Of a stretch of 64,000 bases of DNA, positions 28,080 to 46,100 are shown piece after piece; positions within the stretch are counted from its first letter, which is position 1, and each line of letters opens with the position of its first letter. The stretch lies in the NCBI GenBank assembly GCA_964016885.1, contig OZ024751.1:50654001-50718000 (forward strand). The letters are read 5' to 3'. The position numbers and the translations under genes were made by a program. The notes under the pieces were generated by a model. That model did no database searches. It was not told the origin of the DNA and saw only the letters and a program-made list of their open reading frames with translations. This DNA is from Eledone cirrhosa. Taxonomy: Eukaryota.

Positions 28080-28200
28080 TATTATATAATATATATATAT
28101 ATATATATATCTATATAGTATTATATATATATATTATATATATTATTATATATATTATATATATATTATATATATATTATATATATATATATTATATATA

Positions 28201-28247
<47 letters not shown>

Positions 28248-28464
28248 TATATATATTTATATATATATAATATATATTATATTATATATATATTATATAT
28301 ATATATATATTATATATATTATATATATAATATATATATATATTATATATATATGTATTATATATTATATAATATATATATATATATTTATATATATGTA
28401 TATATATTATATATATATATAATACTATATATTTTAAATATATAAATATATTATATATATATAT

Positions 28465-28993
28465 ATAAAAACAAATAACGAAACGAAATTAAATTTCGTT
28501 TCGCTTCTAACTCACTTTTGTATGACTGACGCTTAAACAATTAAGTTAAAGTGTACATCTACATATGTATACGGAAGTATTAGTATGCATATAATACACA
28601 CATGTATACATATGTACATGTACTGAGTTTTTCACTAGACACTTTACAGTGAGTGTCAGCTAGTCTGTATGTAACCACACAGACGGACCGGGTTTTAGAG
28701 TCATACGAGTTTTCAAGGAAACACATTTCTCTATTTTCCAGAGGGCCAGACAGGAATATTGAACTAGTTTCGATGTTATTACATCTCATCAGCAATATTT
28801 ACCCATCTTCCGGCTTCTCTGGAGAATTGTAAAAAGCACATATCGTTATATGCTTTTTCTATGAAAATAGTAGTGGGTAGACTAATTTGCATAGAACGTG
28901 AGTCTTTGTACGCACCGGTTCAGCGGAAACGATAAAAACAAATAACGAAACGAAATTAAATTTCGTTTCGCTTCTAACTCACTTTAACTTAAT
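28465..28993 (-). mobile_element. Second non-coding hammerhead retroelement (retrozyme-like), 467-bp unit with 54-bp terminal redundancy
   Basis: Direct repeat 28465-28518 = 28932-28985. Hammerhead 28755-28799. Shares motif order with 13798-14678; (TA)n flanks. Confidence 0.85.
28755..28799 (-). ncRNA. Minimal type I hammerhead ribozyme
   Basis: AATATTG CTGATGA GATGT aata ACATC GAAA CTAG TT / CAATATT; perfect stems I and II, cleavage after GUU. Confidence 0.92.
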
Positions 28994-29007
28994 ATATATA
29001 TATATAT

Positions 29008-29039
<32 letters not shown>

Positions 29040-29108
29040 ATAATATATATATTTTAAATATATATATATATATATTTTAAATATATATATATATATTATA
29101 TAATATAT

Positions 29109-29282
29109 ATATTTATTAAAATAACAGATTAAAGTTTAAGCAAAGGAATCGCTGCTTTCACCCTTGCTTAAACTTTAATCTGTTATTTAATAAATATTTG
29201 CTCTACGGTTCTTATATATTTGATATATATTTTCCTTATCGAACCCTCTTTGGATTTTAGTTTCAATTTTATTATTATTACT
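29109..29282. mobile_element. Miniature inverted insertion, probably termini of another PLE family (second copy at 63061-63207)
   Basis: Inverted arms 29109-29143 / 29164-29197 plus an 85-nt one-sided tail. Both parts match 63061-63207 with a different junction. Confidence 0.65.
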
Positions 29283-30876
<1,594 letters not shown>

Positions 30877-30907
30877 AATCAGGAAAGAAGGTTTACATGG
30901 TTTGCTA

Positions 30908-31107
30908 NNNNNNNNNNNNNNNNNNNNNNNNNNNNNNNNNNNNNNNNNNNNNNNNNNNNNNNNNNNNNNNNNNNNNNNNNNNNNNNNNNNNNNNNNNNNN
31001 NNNNNNNNNNNNNNNNNNNNNNNNNNNNNNNNNNNNNNNNNNNNNNNNNNNNNNNNNNNNNNNNNNNNNNNNNNNNNNNNNNNNNNNNNNNNNNNNNNNN
31101 NNNNNNN
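30908..31107. other. Assembly gap (200 N)
   Basis: Run of N; round length suggests a scaffolding placeholder. Confidence 0.99.
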
Positions 31108-34100
31108 CACATACAGTCACTACCACAACATACACATACAGTCACTACCTCAACATACACATACAGTCACTACCACAACATACACATACAGTCACTACCA
31201 CAACATACACATACAGTCACTACCTCAACATACACCATACAGTCACTACCTCAACAACATCACACATACAGTCCACTACCACAACATACACATACAGTCA
31301 CTACCTCAACATACACATACAGTCACTACCACAACATACACATACAGTCACTACCTCAACATACACATACAGTCACTACCACAACATACACATACAGTCA
31401 CTACACAACAACATACACATACAGTCACTACCACAACATACACATACAGTCACTACCTCAACATCACACATACAGTCACTACCTCAACATACACATACAG
31501 TCCACTACCACAACATACCACAATACAGTCACTACCACAACATACACATACAGTCACTAACTCAACATAACACATACAGTCACTACAACAACATACAGTC
31601 ACTACCACAACATACACATACAGTCACTACCTCAACATACACATACAGTCACTACCCACAACATTACAACATACAAGTCACTACCACAACATACACATAC
31701 AGTCACTACCACAACATACACATACAGTCACTACCTCAACATACAGTCACTACCACAACATACACATACAGTCACTACCTCAACATACACATACAGTCAC
31801 TACCACAACATACACATACAGTCACTACCACAACATACACATACAGTCACTACCACAACATACACATACAGTCACTACCACAACATACACATACAGTCAC
31901 TACCACAACATACACATACAGTCACTACCACAACATACAGTCACTACCTCAACATACAGTCACTACCACAACATACACATACAGTCACTACCTCAACATA
32001 CACATACAGTCACTACCACAACATACACATACAGTCACTACCTCAACATACACATACAGTCACTACCTCAACATACACATACAGTCACTACCACAACATA
32101 CACATACAGTCACTACCACAACATACACATACAGTCACTACCACACATACACATACAGTCACTACCTCAACATACACATACAGTCACTACCAACATACAC
32201 ATACAGTCACTACCACAACATACACATACATCACTACCAACATACACATACAGTCACTACCACACATACACATACAGTCACTACCACAACAATACAGTCA
32301 CTACCTCAACAACACATACAGTCACTACCTCAACATACAGTCACTACCACAACATACACATACAGTCACTACCTCACATACACATACAGTCACTACCACA
32401 ACATACACAGTACAGTCACTACACATACAAGTCACTACCACATACAGTCACTACCACAACATACACATACAGTCACTACCTCAACATACACATACAGTCA
32501 CTACCTCAACATACAGTCACTACCTCAACATACACATACAGTCACTACCACAACATACACATACAGTCACTACCACAACATACAGTCACTACCACACAAC
32601 ATACACATACAGTCACTACCTCAACATACACATACAGTCACTACCACAACATACACATACAGTCACTACCTCAACATACACATACAGTCACTACCACAAC
32701 ATACACATACAGTCACTACCACAACATACAACATACAGTCACTACCTCAACATACAGTCACTACCACAACATACACATACAGTCACTACCACAACATACA
32801 CATACAGTCACTACCACAACATACAGTCACTACACACATACAGTCACTACCACAACATACAGTCACTACCACAACATACACATACAGTCACTACCACAAC
32901 ATACACATACAGTCACTACCTCAACATACAGTCACTACCACAACATACACATACAGTCACTACCACAACATACACATACAGTCACTACCTCAACATACAG
33001 TCACTACCAAACATACACATACAGTCACTACCACAACATACAACATACAGTCACTACCACAACATACACATACAGTCACTACCACAACATACACATACAG
33101 TCACTACCTCAACATACAGTCACTACCACAACATACACATACAGTCACTACCACAACATACACATACAGTCACTACCTCAACATACAGTCACTACCACAA
33201 CATACACATACAGTCACTACCTCAACATACACATACAGTCCTACCAACATACAGTCACTACCACAACATACACATACAGTCACTACCACAACATACAGTC
33301 ACTACCTCAACATACAGTCACTACCACAACATACACATACAGTCACTACCTCAAACATACAGTCACTACACAACATACACATACAGTCACTACCAACAAA
33401 CATACAGTCACTACCACACACATACAGTCACTACCACCAACATACACATACAGTCACTACCTCAACATACAGTCACTACCACAACATACACATACAGTCA
33501 CTACCACAACATACACATACAGTCACTACCACAACAAGTCACTACCTCAACATACAGTCACTACTCAACATACAGTCACTACCACAACATACACATACAG
33601 TCACTACCACAACATACACATACAGTCACTACCACAACATACAGTCACTACCACAACATACACATACAGTCACTACCACAACATACACATACAGTCACTA
33701 CCTCACAACATACAGTCACTACCACAACATACACATACAGTCACTACCACAACATACACATACAGTCACTACCACAACATACAGTCACTACCACAACAAA
33801 CAGTCACTACCTCAACATACAGTCACTACCACAACATACACATACAGTCACTACCACAACATACACATACAGTCACTACCAACATACAGTCACTACCAAC
33901 ATACACATACAGTCACTACCACAACATACACATACAGTCACTACCACAACATACACATACAGTCACTACCACAACATACACATACAGTCACTACCACAAC
34001 ATACACATACAGTCACTACCACAACATACACATACAGTCACTACCACAACATACAGTCACTACCACAACATACAGTCACTACCTCAACATACAGTCACTA

Positions 34101-37100
34101 CCACAACATACACATACAGTCACTACCACAACATACAGTCACTACCACAACATACAGTCACTACCACAACATACACATACAGTCACTACCTCAACATACA
34201 GTCACTAACCAACATACAGTCACTACCACAACATACAGTCACTACCACAACATACAGTCACTACCAACATACACATACAGTCACTACCTCAACATACAGT
34301 CACTACCACAACATACACATACAGTCACTACCACAACATACAGTCACTACCACAACAGTCACTACCTCAACATACAGTCACTACCACAACATACACATAC
34401 AGTCACTACCACAACATACACATACAGTCACTACCTCAAACATACAGTCACTACCACAACATACACATACAGTCACTACCACAACATACACATACAGTCA
34501 CTACCACAACATACACATACAGTCACTACCACAACATACACATACAGTCACTACCACAACATACACATACAGTCACTACCACAACACATACAGTCACTAC
34601 CACAACATACAGTCACTACCACAACATACAGTCACTACCACAACATACACATTACAGTCACTACCACAACATACACATACAGTCACTACCACAACATACA
34701 ACATACAGTCACTACCACAACATACACATACAGTCACTACCTCAACATACACATACAGTCACTACCACAACATACACATACAGTCACTACCACAACATAC
34801 AGTCACTACCACAACATACAGTCACTACTCAACATACAGTCACTACCACAACATACACATACAGTCACTACCACAACACATACAGTCACTACACAACATA
34901 CACAATACAGTCACTACCTCAACATACACATACAGTCACTACCACAACATACACATACAGTCACTACCTCAACATACAGTCACTACCACAACATACACAT
35001 ACAGTCACTACCACAAATACACTACACACATACAGTCACTACCTCAACATACACATACAGTCACTACCTCAACATACAGTCACTACCACAACATACACAT
35101 ACAGTCACTACCTCAACATACACATACAGTCACTACCTCAACATACACATACAGGTCAACTACCACAACATACACATACAGTCACTACCACAACATACAC
35201 ATACAGTCACTACCACAACATACACATACAGTCACTACCACAACATACACATACAGTCACTACCACAACATACACATACAGTCACTACCACAACATACAC
35301 ATACAGTCACTACCTCAACATACAGTCACTACCACAACATACACATACAGTCACTACCTCAACATACCACATACAGTCACTACCTCAACATACAGTCACT
35401 ACCACAACATACACATACAGTCACTACCACAACATACACTACAGTCCACTACCACAACATACACATACAGTCACTACCACAACACACATACAGTCACTAC
35501 CACAACATACAGTCACTACCACAACATACACATACAGTCACTACCACAACATACACATACAGTCACTACCTCAACATACAGTCACTACCACAACATACAC
35601 ATACAGTCACTACCACAACATACACATACAGTCACTACTCAACATACACATACAGTCACTACCACAACATACACATACAGTCACTACCACAACATACACA
35701 TACAGTCACTACCACAACATACACATACAGTCACTACCACAACATACACATACAGTCACTACCTCAACATACAGTCACTACCACAACATACACATACAGT
35801 CACTACCTCAACATACACATACAGTCACTACCACAACATACACATACAGTCACTACCTCAACATACAGTCACTACCTCAACATACACATACAGTCACTAC
35901 CTCAACATACAGTCACTACCACAACATACACATACAGTCACTACCACAACATACACATACAGTCACTACCACAACATACACATACAGTCACTACCTCAAC
36001 ATACACATACAGTCACTACCTCAACATACACATACAGTCACTACCAACATACAAACATACACATACAGTCACTACCTCAACATACACATACAGTCACTAC
36101 CACAACATACACATACAGTCACTACCTCAACATACAGTCACTACCTCAACATACACATACAGTCACTACCACAACATACACATACAGTCACTACCACAAC
36201 ATACACATACAGTCACTACCACAACATACACATACAGTCACTACCACAACATACACATACAGTCACTACCACAACATACACATACAGTCACTACCTCAAC
36301 ATACACATACAGTCACTACCTCAACATACACATACAGTCACTACCACAACATACACATACAGTCACTACCTCAACATACAGTCACTACCACAACATACAC
36401 ATACAGTCACTACCTCAACATACACATACAGTCACTACCTCAACAACATACAGTCACTACCACATACACATACAGTCACTACCACAACATACACATACAG
36501 TCACTACCTCAACATACACAACATACACATACAGTCACTACCACAACATACACATACAGTCACTACCACAACATACACATACAGTCACTACCACAACATA
36601 CACATACAGTCACTACCTCAACATACAGTCACTACCACAACATACACATACAGTCACTACCACAACATACACATACAGTCACTACCTCAACATACACATA
36701 CAGTCACTACCTCAACATACACATACAGTCACTACCTCAACATACACATACAGTCACTACCACAACATACACATACAGTCACTACCACAACATACACATA
36801 CAGTCACTACCTCAACATACACATACAGTCACTACCACAACATACACATACAGTCACTACCACAACATACACATACAGTCACTACCTCAACATACACATA
36901 CAGTCACTACACAACATACACATACAGTCACTACCTCAACATACACATACAGTCACTACCTCAATACACATACAGTCACTACCACAACATACACATACAG
37001 TCACTACCTCAACATACACATACAGTCACTACCTCAACATACAGTCACTACCTCAACATACAGTCACTACCACAACATACACATACAGTCACTACCACAA

Positions 37101-40100
37101 CATACACATACAGTCACTACTCAACATACACATACAGTCACTACCACAACATACACATACAGTCACTACCTCAACATACAGTCACTACCACAACATACAC
37201 ATACAGTCACTACCACAACATACACATACAGTCACTACCTCAACATACACATACAGTCACTACCACAACATACACATACAGTCACTACCTCAACATACAC
37301 ATACAGTCACTACTCAACATACACATACAGTCACTACCTCAACATACACATACAGTCACTACCACAACATACACATACAGTCACTACACAACATACAGTC
37401 ACTACCTCAACATACACATACAGTCACTACCACAACATACACATACAGTCACTACCACAACATACACATACAGTCACTACCTCAACATACAGTCACTACC
37501 ACAACATACCATACAGTCACTACCTCAACATACACATACAGTCACTACCTCAACATACACATACAGTCACTACCACAACATACACATACAGTCACTACCA
37601 CAACATACACATACAGTCACTACCTCAACATACACATACAGTCACTACCTCAACATACACATACAGTCACTACCACAACATACACATACAGTCACTACCA
37701 CAACATACACATACAGTCACTACCTCAACATACACATACAGTCACTACCTCAACATACACATACAGTCACTACCTCAACATACACATACAGTCACTACCT
37801 CAACATACAGTCACTACCACAACATACACATACAGTCACTACCTCAACATACACATACAGTCACTACCTCAACATACACATACAGTCACTACCTCAACAT
37901 ACACATACAGTCACTACCTCAACATACAGTCACTACCACAACATACACATACAGTCACTACCTCAACATACACATACAGTCACTACCTCAACATACACAT
38001 ACAGTCACTACCTCAACATACACATACAGTCACTACCTCAACATACACATACAGTCACTACCTCAACATACACATACAGTCACTACCACAACATACAGTC
38101 ACTACCACAACATACACATACAGTCACTACCTCAACATACACATACAGTCACTACCTCAACATACACATACAGTCACTACCTCAACATACACATACAGTC
38201 ACTACCTCAACATACAGTCACTACCACAACATAACATACAGTCACTACCACAACATACACATACAGTCACTACCTCAACATACACATACAGTCACTACCT
38301 CAACATACACATACAGTCACTACCTCAACATACACATACAGTCACTACCTCAACATACAGTCACTACCACAACATACACATACAGTCACTACCACAACAT
38401 ACACATACAGTCACTACCTCAACATACACATACAGTCACTACCTCAACATACACATACAGTCACTACCTCAACATACAGTCACTACCCAACATACACATA
38501 CAGTCACTACCACAACATACACATACAGTCACTACCTCAACATACACATACAGTCACTACCACAACATACACATACAGTCACTACCTCAACATACAGTCA
38601 CTACCACAACATACACATACAGTCACTACCTCAACATACACATACAGTCACTACCTCAACATACACATACAGTCACTACCTCAACATACACATACAGTCA
38701 CTACCTCAACATACACATACAGTCACTACCTCAACATACACATACAGTCACTACCTCAACATACAGTCACTACCACAACATACACATACAGTCACTACCT
38801 CAACATACACATACAGTCACTACCTCAACATACACATACAGTCACTACCTCAACATACACATACAGTCACTACCACAACATACAGTCACTACCACAACAT
38901 ACACATACAGTCACTACCACAACATACACATACAGTCACTACCTCAACATACACATACAGTCACTACCTCAACATACACATACAGTCACTACCTCAACAT
39001 ACACATACAGTCACTACCTCAACATACAGTCACTACCACAACATACACATACAGTCACTACCTCAACATACAGTCACTACCACAACATACACATACAGTC
39101 ACTACCTCAACATACACATACAGTCACTACCTCAACATACACATACAGTCACTACCACAACATACACATACAGTCACTACCTCAACATACACATACAGTC
39201 ACTACCTCAACATACACATACAGTCACTACCTCAACATACACATACAGTCACTACCACAACATACACATACAGTCACTACCACACATACACATACAGTCA
39301 CTACCTCAACATACACATACAGTCACTACCTCAACATACACATACAGTCACTACCTCAACATACACATACAGTCACTACCTCAACATACAGTCACTACCA
39401 CAACATACACATACAGTCACTACCTCAACATACACATACAGTCACTACCTCAACATACACATACAGTCACTACCTCAACATACACATACAGTCACTACCT
39501 CAACATACATACAGTCACTACCACAACATACACATACAGTCACTACCTCAACATACACATACAGTCACTACCACAACATACACATACAGTCACTACCTCA
39601 ACATACACATACAGTCACTACCTCAACATACACATACAGTCACTACCTCAACATACACATACAGTCACTACCTCAACATACAGTCACTACCACAACATAC
39701 ACATACAGTCACTACCTCAACATACACATACAGTCACTACCTCAACATACACATACAGTCACTACCACAACATACACATACAGTCACTACCTCAACATAC
39801 AGTCACTACCACAACATACACATACAGTCACTACCACAACATACAGTCACTACCTCAACATCAACTTACAAAGTCACTACCTCAACATACACATACAGTC
39901 ACTACCTCAACATACACATACAGTCACTACCTCAACATACACATACAGTCACTACCTCAACATACAGTCACTACCACAACATACACATACAGTCACTACC
40001 TCAACATACACATACAGTCACTACCTCAACATACAGTCACTACCACAACATACACATACAGTCACTACCTCAACATACACATACAGTCACTACCACAACA

Positions 40101-43100
40101 TACACATACAGTCACTACCTCAACATACAGTCACTACCACAACATACACATACAGTCACTACCTCAACATACACATACAGTCACTACCTCAACATACACA
40201 TACAGTCACTACCACAACATACACATACAGTCACTACCTCAACATACACATACAGTCACTACCTCAACATACACATACAGTCACTACCACAACATACACA
40301 TACAGTCACTACCACAACATACACATACAGTCACTACCACAACATACACATACAGTCACTACCTCAACATACACATACAGTCACTACCACAACATACACA
40401 TACAGTCACTACCTCAACATACACATACAGTCACTACCTCAACATACAGTCACTACCACAACATACACATACAGTCACTACCTCAACATACACATACAGT
40501 CACTACCTCAACATACACATACAGTCACTACCACAACATACACATACAGTCACTACCTCAACATACAGTCACTACCACAACATACACATACAGTCACTAC
40601 CTCAACATACACATACAGTCACTACCACAACATACACATACAGTCACTACCTCAACATACACATACAGTCACTACCTCAACATACACATACAGTCACTAC
40701 CTCAACATACACATACAGTCACTACCTCAACATACAGTCACTACCACAACATACACATACAGTCACTACCTCAACATACACATACAGTCACTACCTCAAC
40801 ATACACATACAGTCACTACCTCAACATACACATACAGTCACTACCTCAACATACAGTCACTACCACAACATACACATACAGTCACTACCACAACATACAC
40901 ATACAGTCACTACCTCAACATACACATACAGTCACTACCTCAACATACACATACAGTCACTACCTCAACATACACATACAGTCACTACCTCAACATACAG
41001 TCACTACCACAACATACACATACAGTCACTACCTCAACATACACATACAGTCACTACCTCAACATACACATACAGTCACTACCTCAACATACACATACAG
41101 TCACTACCTCAACATACAGTCACTACCACAACATACACATACAGTCACTACCACAACATACCATACAGTCACTACCACAACATACACATACAGTCACTAC
41201 CTCAACATACACATACAGTCACTACCTCAACATACAGTCACTACCTCAACATACACATACAGTCACTACCTCAACATACACATACAGTCACTACCTCAAC
41301 ATACACATACAGTCACTACCACAACATACACATACAGTCCACTACCTCAACATACACATACAGTCACTACCTCAACATACACATACAGTCACTACCTCAA
41401 CATACACATACAGTCACTACCTCAACATACACATACAGTCACTACCTCAACATACAGTCACTACCTCAACATACACATACAGTCACTACCTCAACATACA
41501 CATACAGTCACTACCTCAACATACACATACAGTCACTACCTCAACATACACATACAGTCACTACCTCAACATACACATACAGTCACTACCTCAACATACA
41601 CATACAGTCACTACCTCAACATACACATACAGTCACTACCTCAACATACAGTCACTACCACAACATACACATACAGTCACTACCTCAACATACAGTCACT
41701 ACCACAACATACACATACAGTCACTACCTCAACATACACATACAGTCACTACCTCAACATACACATACAGTCACTACCTCAACATACACATACAGTCACT
41801 ACCTCAACACATAAAGTCACTACCACAACATACACATACAGTCACTACCACAACATACACATACAGTCACTACCTCAACATACACATACAGTCACTACCA
41901 CAACATACACATACAGTCACTACCTCAACATACACATACAGTCACTACCTCAACATACACATACAGTCACTACCACAACATACACATACAGTCACTACCT
42001 CAACATACAGTCACTACCTCAACATACACATACAGTCACTACCTCAACATACACATACAGTCACTACCTCAACATACACATACAGTCACTACCACAACAT
42101 ACACATACAGTCACTACCTCAACATACACATACAGTCACTACCTCAACATACACATACAGTCACTACCTCAACATACAGTCACTACCACAACATACACAT
42201 ACAGTCACTACCTCAACATACACATACAGTCACCTCAACATACACATACAGTCACTACCTCAACATACACATACAGTCACTACCTCAACATACACATACA
42301 GTCACTACCTCAAACATACAGTCACTACCACAACATACACATACAGTCACTACCTCAACATACAGTCACTACCACAACATACACATACAGTCACTACCTC
42401 AACATACACATACAGTCACTACCACAACATACACATACAGTCACTACCTCAACATACAGTCACTACCACAACATACACATACAGTCACTACCTCAACATA
42501 CACATACAGTCACTACCTCAACATACACATACAGTCACTACCTCAACATACCATACAGTCACTACCTCAACATACACATACAGTCACTACCTCAACATAC
42601 AGTCACTACCACAACATACACATACAGTCACTACCTCAACATACAGTCACTACCACAACATACACATACAGTCACTACCTCAACATACACATACAGTCAC
42701 TACCTCAACATACACATACAGTCACTACCTCAACATACAGTCACTACCACAACATACACATACAGTCACTACCACAACATACACATACAGTCACTACCTC
42801 AACATACACATACAGTCACTACCTCAACATACACATACAGTCACTACCTCAACATACACATACAGTCACTACCTCAACATACACATACAGTCACTACCTC
42901 AACATACACATACAGTCACTACCTCAAACATACAGTCACTACCTCAACATACACATACAGTCACTACCTCAACATACAGTCACTACCACAACATACACAT
43001 ACAGTCACTACCTCAACATACACATACAGTCACTACCTCAACATACACATACAGTCACTACCACAACATACACATACAGTCACTACCTCAACATACACAT

Positions 43101-46100
43101 ACAGTCACTACCTCAACATACACATACAGTCACTACCACAACATACACATACAGTCACTACCACAACATACACATACAGTCACTACCTCAACATACACAT
43201 ACAGTCACTAACACAACATACACATACAGTCACTACCTCAACATACACATACAGTCACTACCTCAACATACACATACAGTCACTACCTCAACATACACAT
43301 ACAGTCACTACCACAACATACACATACAGTCACTACCTCAACATACACATACAGTCACTACCTCAACATACACATACAGTCACTACCACAACATACACAT
43401 ACAGTCACTACCACAACATACACATACAGTCACTACCTCAACATACACATACAGTCACTACCTCAACATACACATACAGTCACTACCTCAACATACACAT
43501 ACAGTCACTACCTCAACATACCATACAGTCACTACCTCAACATACACATACAGTCACTACCTCAACATACAGTCACTACCACAACATACACATACAGTCA
43601 CTACCTCAACATACACATACAGTCACTACCTCAACATACACATACAGTCACTACCTCAACATACACATACAGTCACTACCTCAACATACAGTCACTACCA
43701 CAACATACACATACAGTCACTACCACAACATACACATACAGTCACTACCTCAACATACACATACAGTCACTACCTCAACATACACATACAGTCACTACCT
43801 CAACATACAGTCACTACCTCAACATACAGTCACTACCTCAACATACACATACAGTCACTACCTCAACATACACATACAGTCACTACCTCAACATACAGTC
43901 ACTACCACAACATACACATACAGTCACTACCTTCAACATACAGTCACTACCACAACATACACATACAGTCACTACCTCAACATACACATACAGTCACTAC
44001 CTCAACATACACATACAGTCACTACCTCAACATACACATACAGTCACTACCTCAACATACACATACAGTCACTACCTCAACATACACATACAGTCACTAC
44101 CTCAACATACAGTCACTACCACAACATACACATACAGTCACTACCTCAACATACACATTACAGTCACTACCTCAACATACACATACAGTCACTACCTCAA
44201 ACATACACATACAGTCACTACCTCAACATACAGTCACTACCACAACATACACATACAGTCACTACCTCAACATACACATACAGTCACTACCTCAACATAC
44301 ACATACAGTCACTACCTCAACATACACATACAGTCACTACCTCAACATACACATACAGTCACTACCTCAACATACAGTCACTACCACAACATACACATAC
44401 AGTCACTACCTCAACATACACATACAGTCACTACCTCAACATACACATACAGTCACTACCTCAACATACACATACAGTCACTACCTCAACATACAGTCAC
44501 TACCACAACATACACATACAGTCACTACCACAACATACACATACAGTCACTACCTCAACATACACATACAGTCACTACCTCAACATACACATACAGTCAC
44601 TACCTCAAACATACAGTCACTACCTCAACATACACATACAGTCACTACCTCAACATACACATACAGTCACTACCTCAACATACACATACAGTCACTACCA
44701 CAACATACACATACAGTCACTACCTCAACATACAGTCACTACCACAACATACACATACAGTCACTACCTCAACATACACATACAGTCACTACCTCAACAT
44801 ACACATACAGTCACTACCTCAACATACACATACAGTCACTACCTCAACATACACATACAGTCACTACCTCAACATACACATACAGTCACTACCTCAACAT
44901 ACAGTCACTACCACAACATACACATACAGTCACTACCTCAACATACACATACAGTCACTACCTCAACATACACATACAGTCACTACCTCAACATACACAT
45001 ACAGTCACTACCTCAACATACAGTCACTACCACAACATACACATACAGTCACTACCACAACATACACATACAGTCACTACCTCAACATACACATACAGTC
45101 ACTACCTCAACATACACATACAGTCACTACCTCAACATACACATACAGTCACTACCTCAACATACACATACAGTCACTACCTCAACATACACATACAGTC
45201 ACTACCTCAACATACACATACAGTCACTACCTCAACATACAGTCACTACCACAACATACACATACAGTCACTACCTCAACATACACATACAGTCACTACC
45301 TCAACATACACATACAGTCACTACCACAACATACACATACAGTCACTACCTCAACATACACATACAGTCACTACCTCAACATACACATACAGTCACTACC
45401 ACAACATACACATACAGTCACTACCACAACATACACATACAGTCACTACCTCAACATACACATACAGTCACTACCACAACATACACATACAGTCACTACC
45501 TCAACATACACATACAGTCACTACCTCAACATACACATACAGTCACTACCACAACATACACATACAGTCACTACCACAACATACACATACAGTCACTACC
45601 TCAACATACAGTCACTACCTCAACATACACATACAGTCACTACCACAACATACACATACAGTCACTACCTCAACATACAGTCACTACCTCAACATACACA
45701 TACAGTCACTACCTCAACATACAGTCACTACCTCAACATACACATACAGTCACTACCTCAACATACACATACAGTCACTACCTCAACATACACATACAGT
45801 CACTACCTCAACATACACATACAGTCACTACCACAACATACAGTCACTACCTCAACATACAGTCACTACCTCAACATACACATACAGTCACTACCTCAAC
45901 ATACACATACAGTCACTACCTCAACATACACATACAGTCACTACCTCAACATACACATACAGTCACTACCACAACATACACATACAGTCACTACCTCAAC
46001 ATACACATACAGTCACTACCACAACATACACATACAGTCACTACCTCAACATACACATACAGTCACTACCTCAACATACACATACAGTCACTACCACAAC

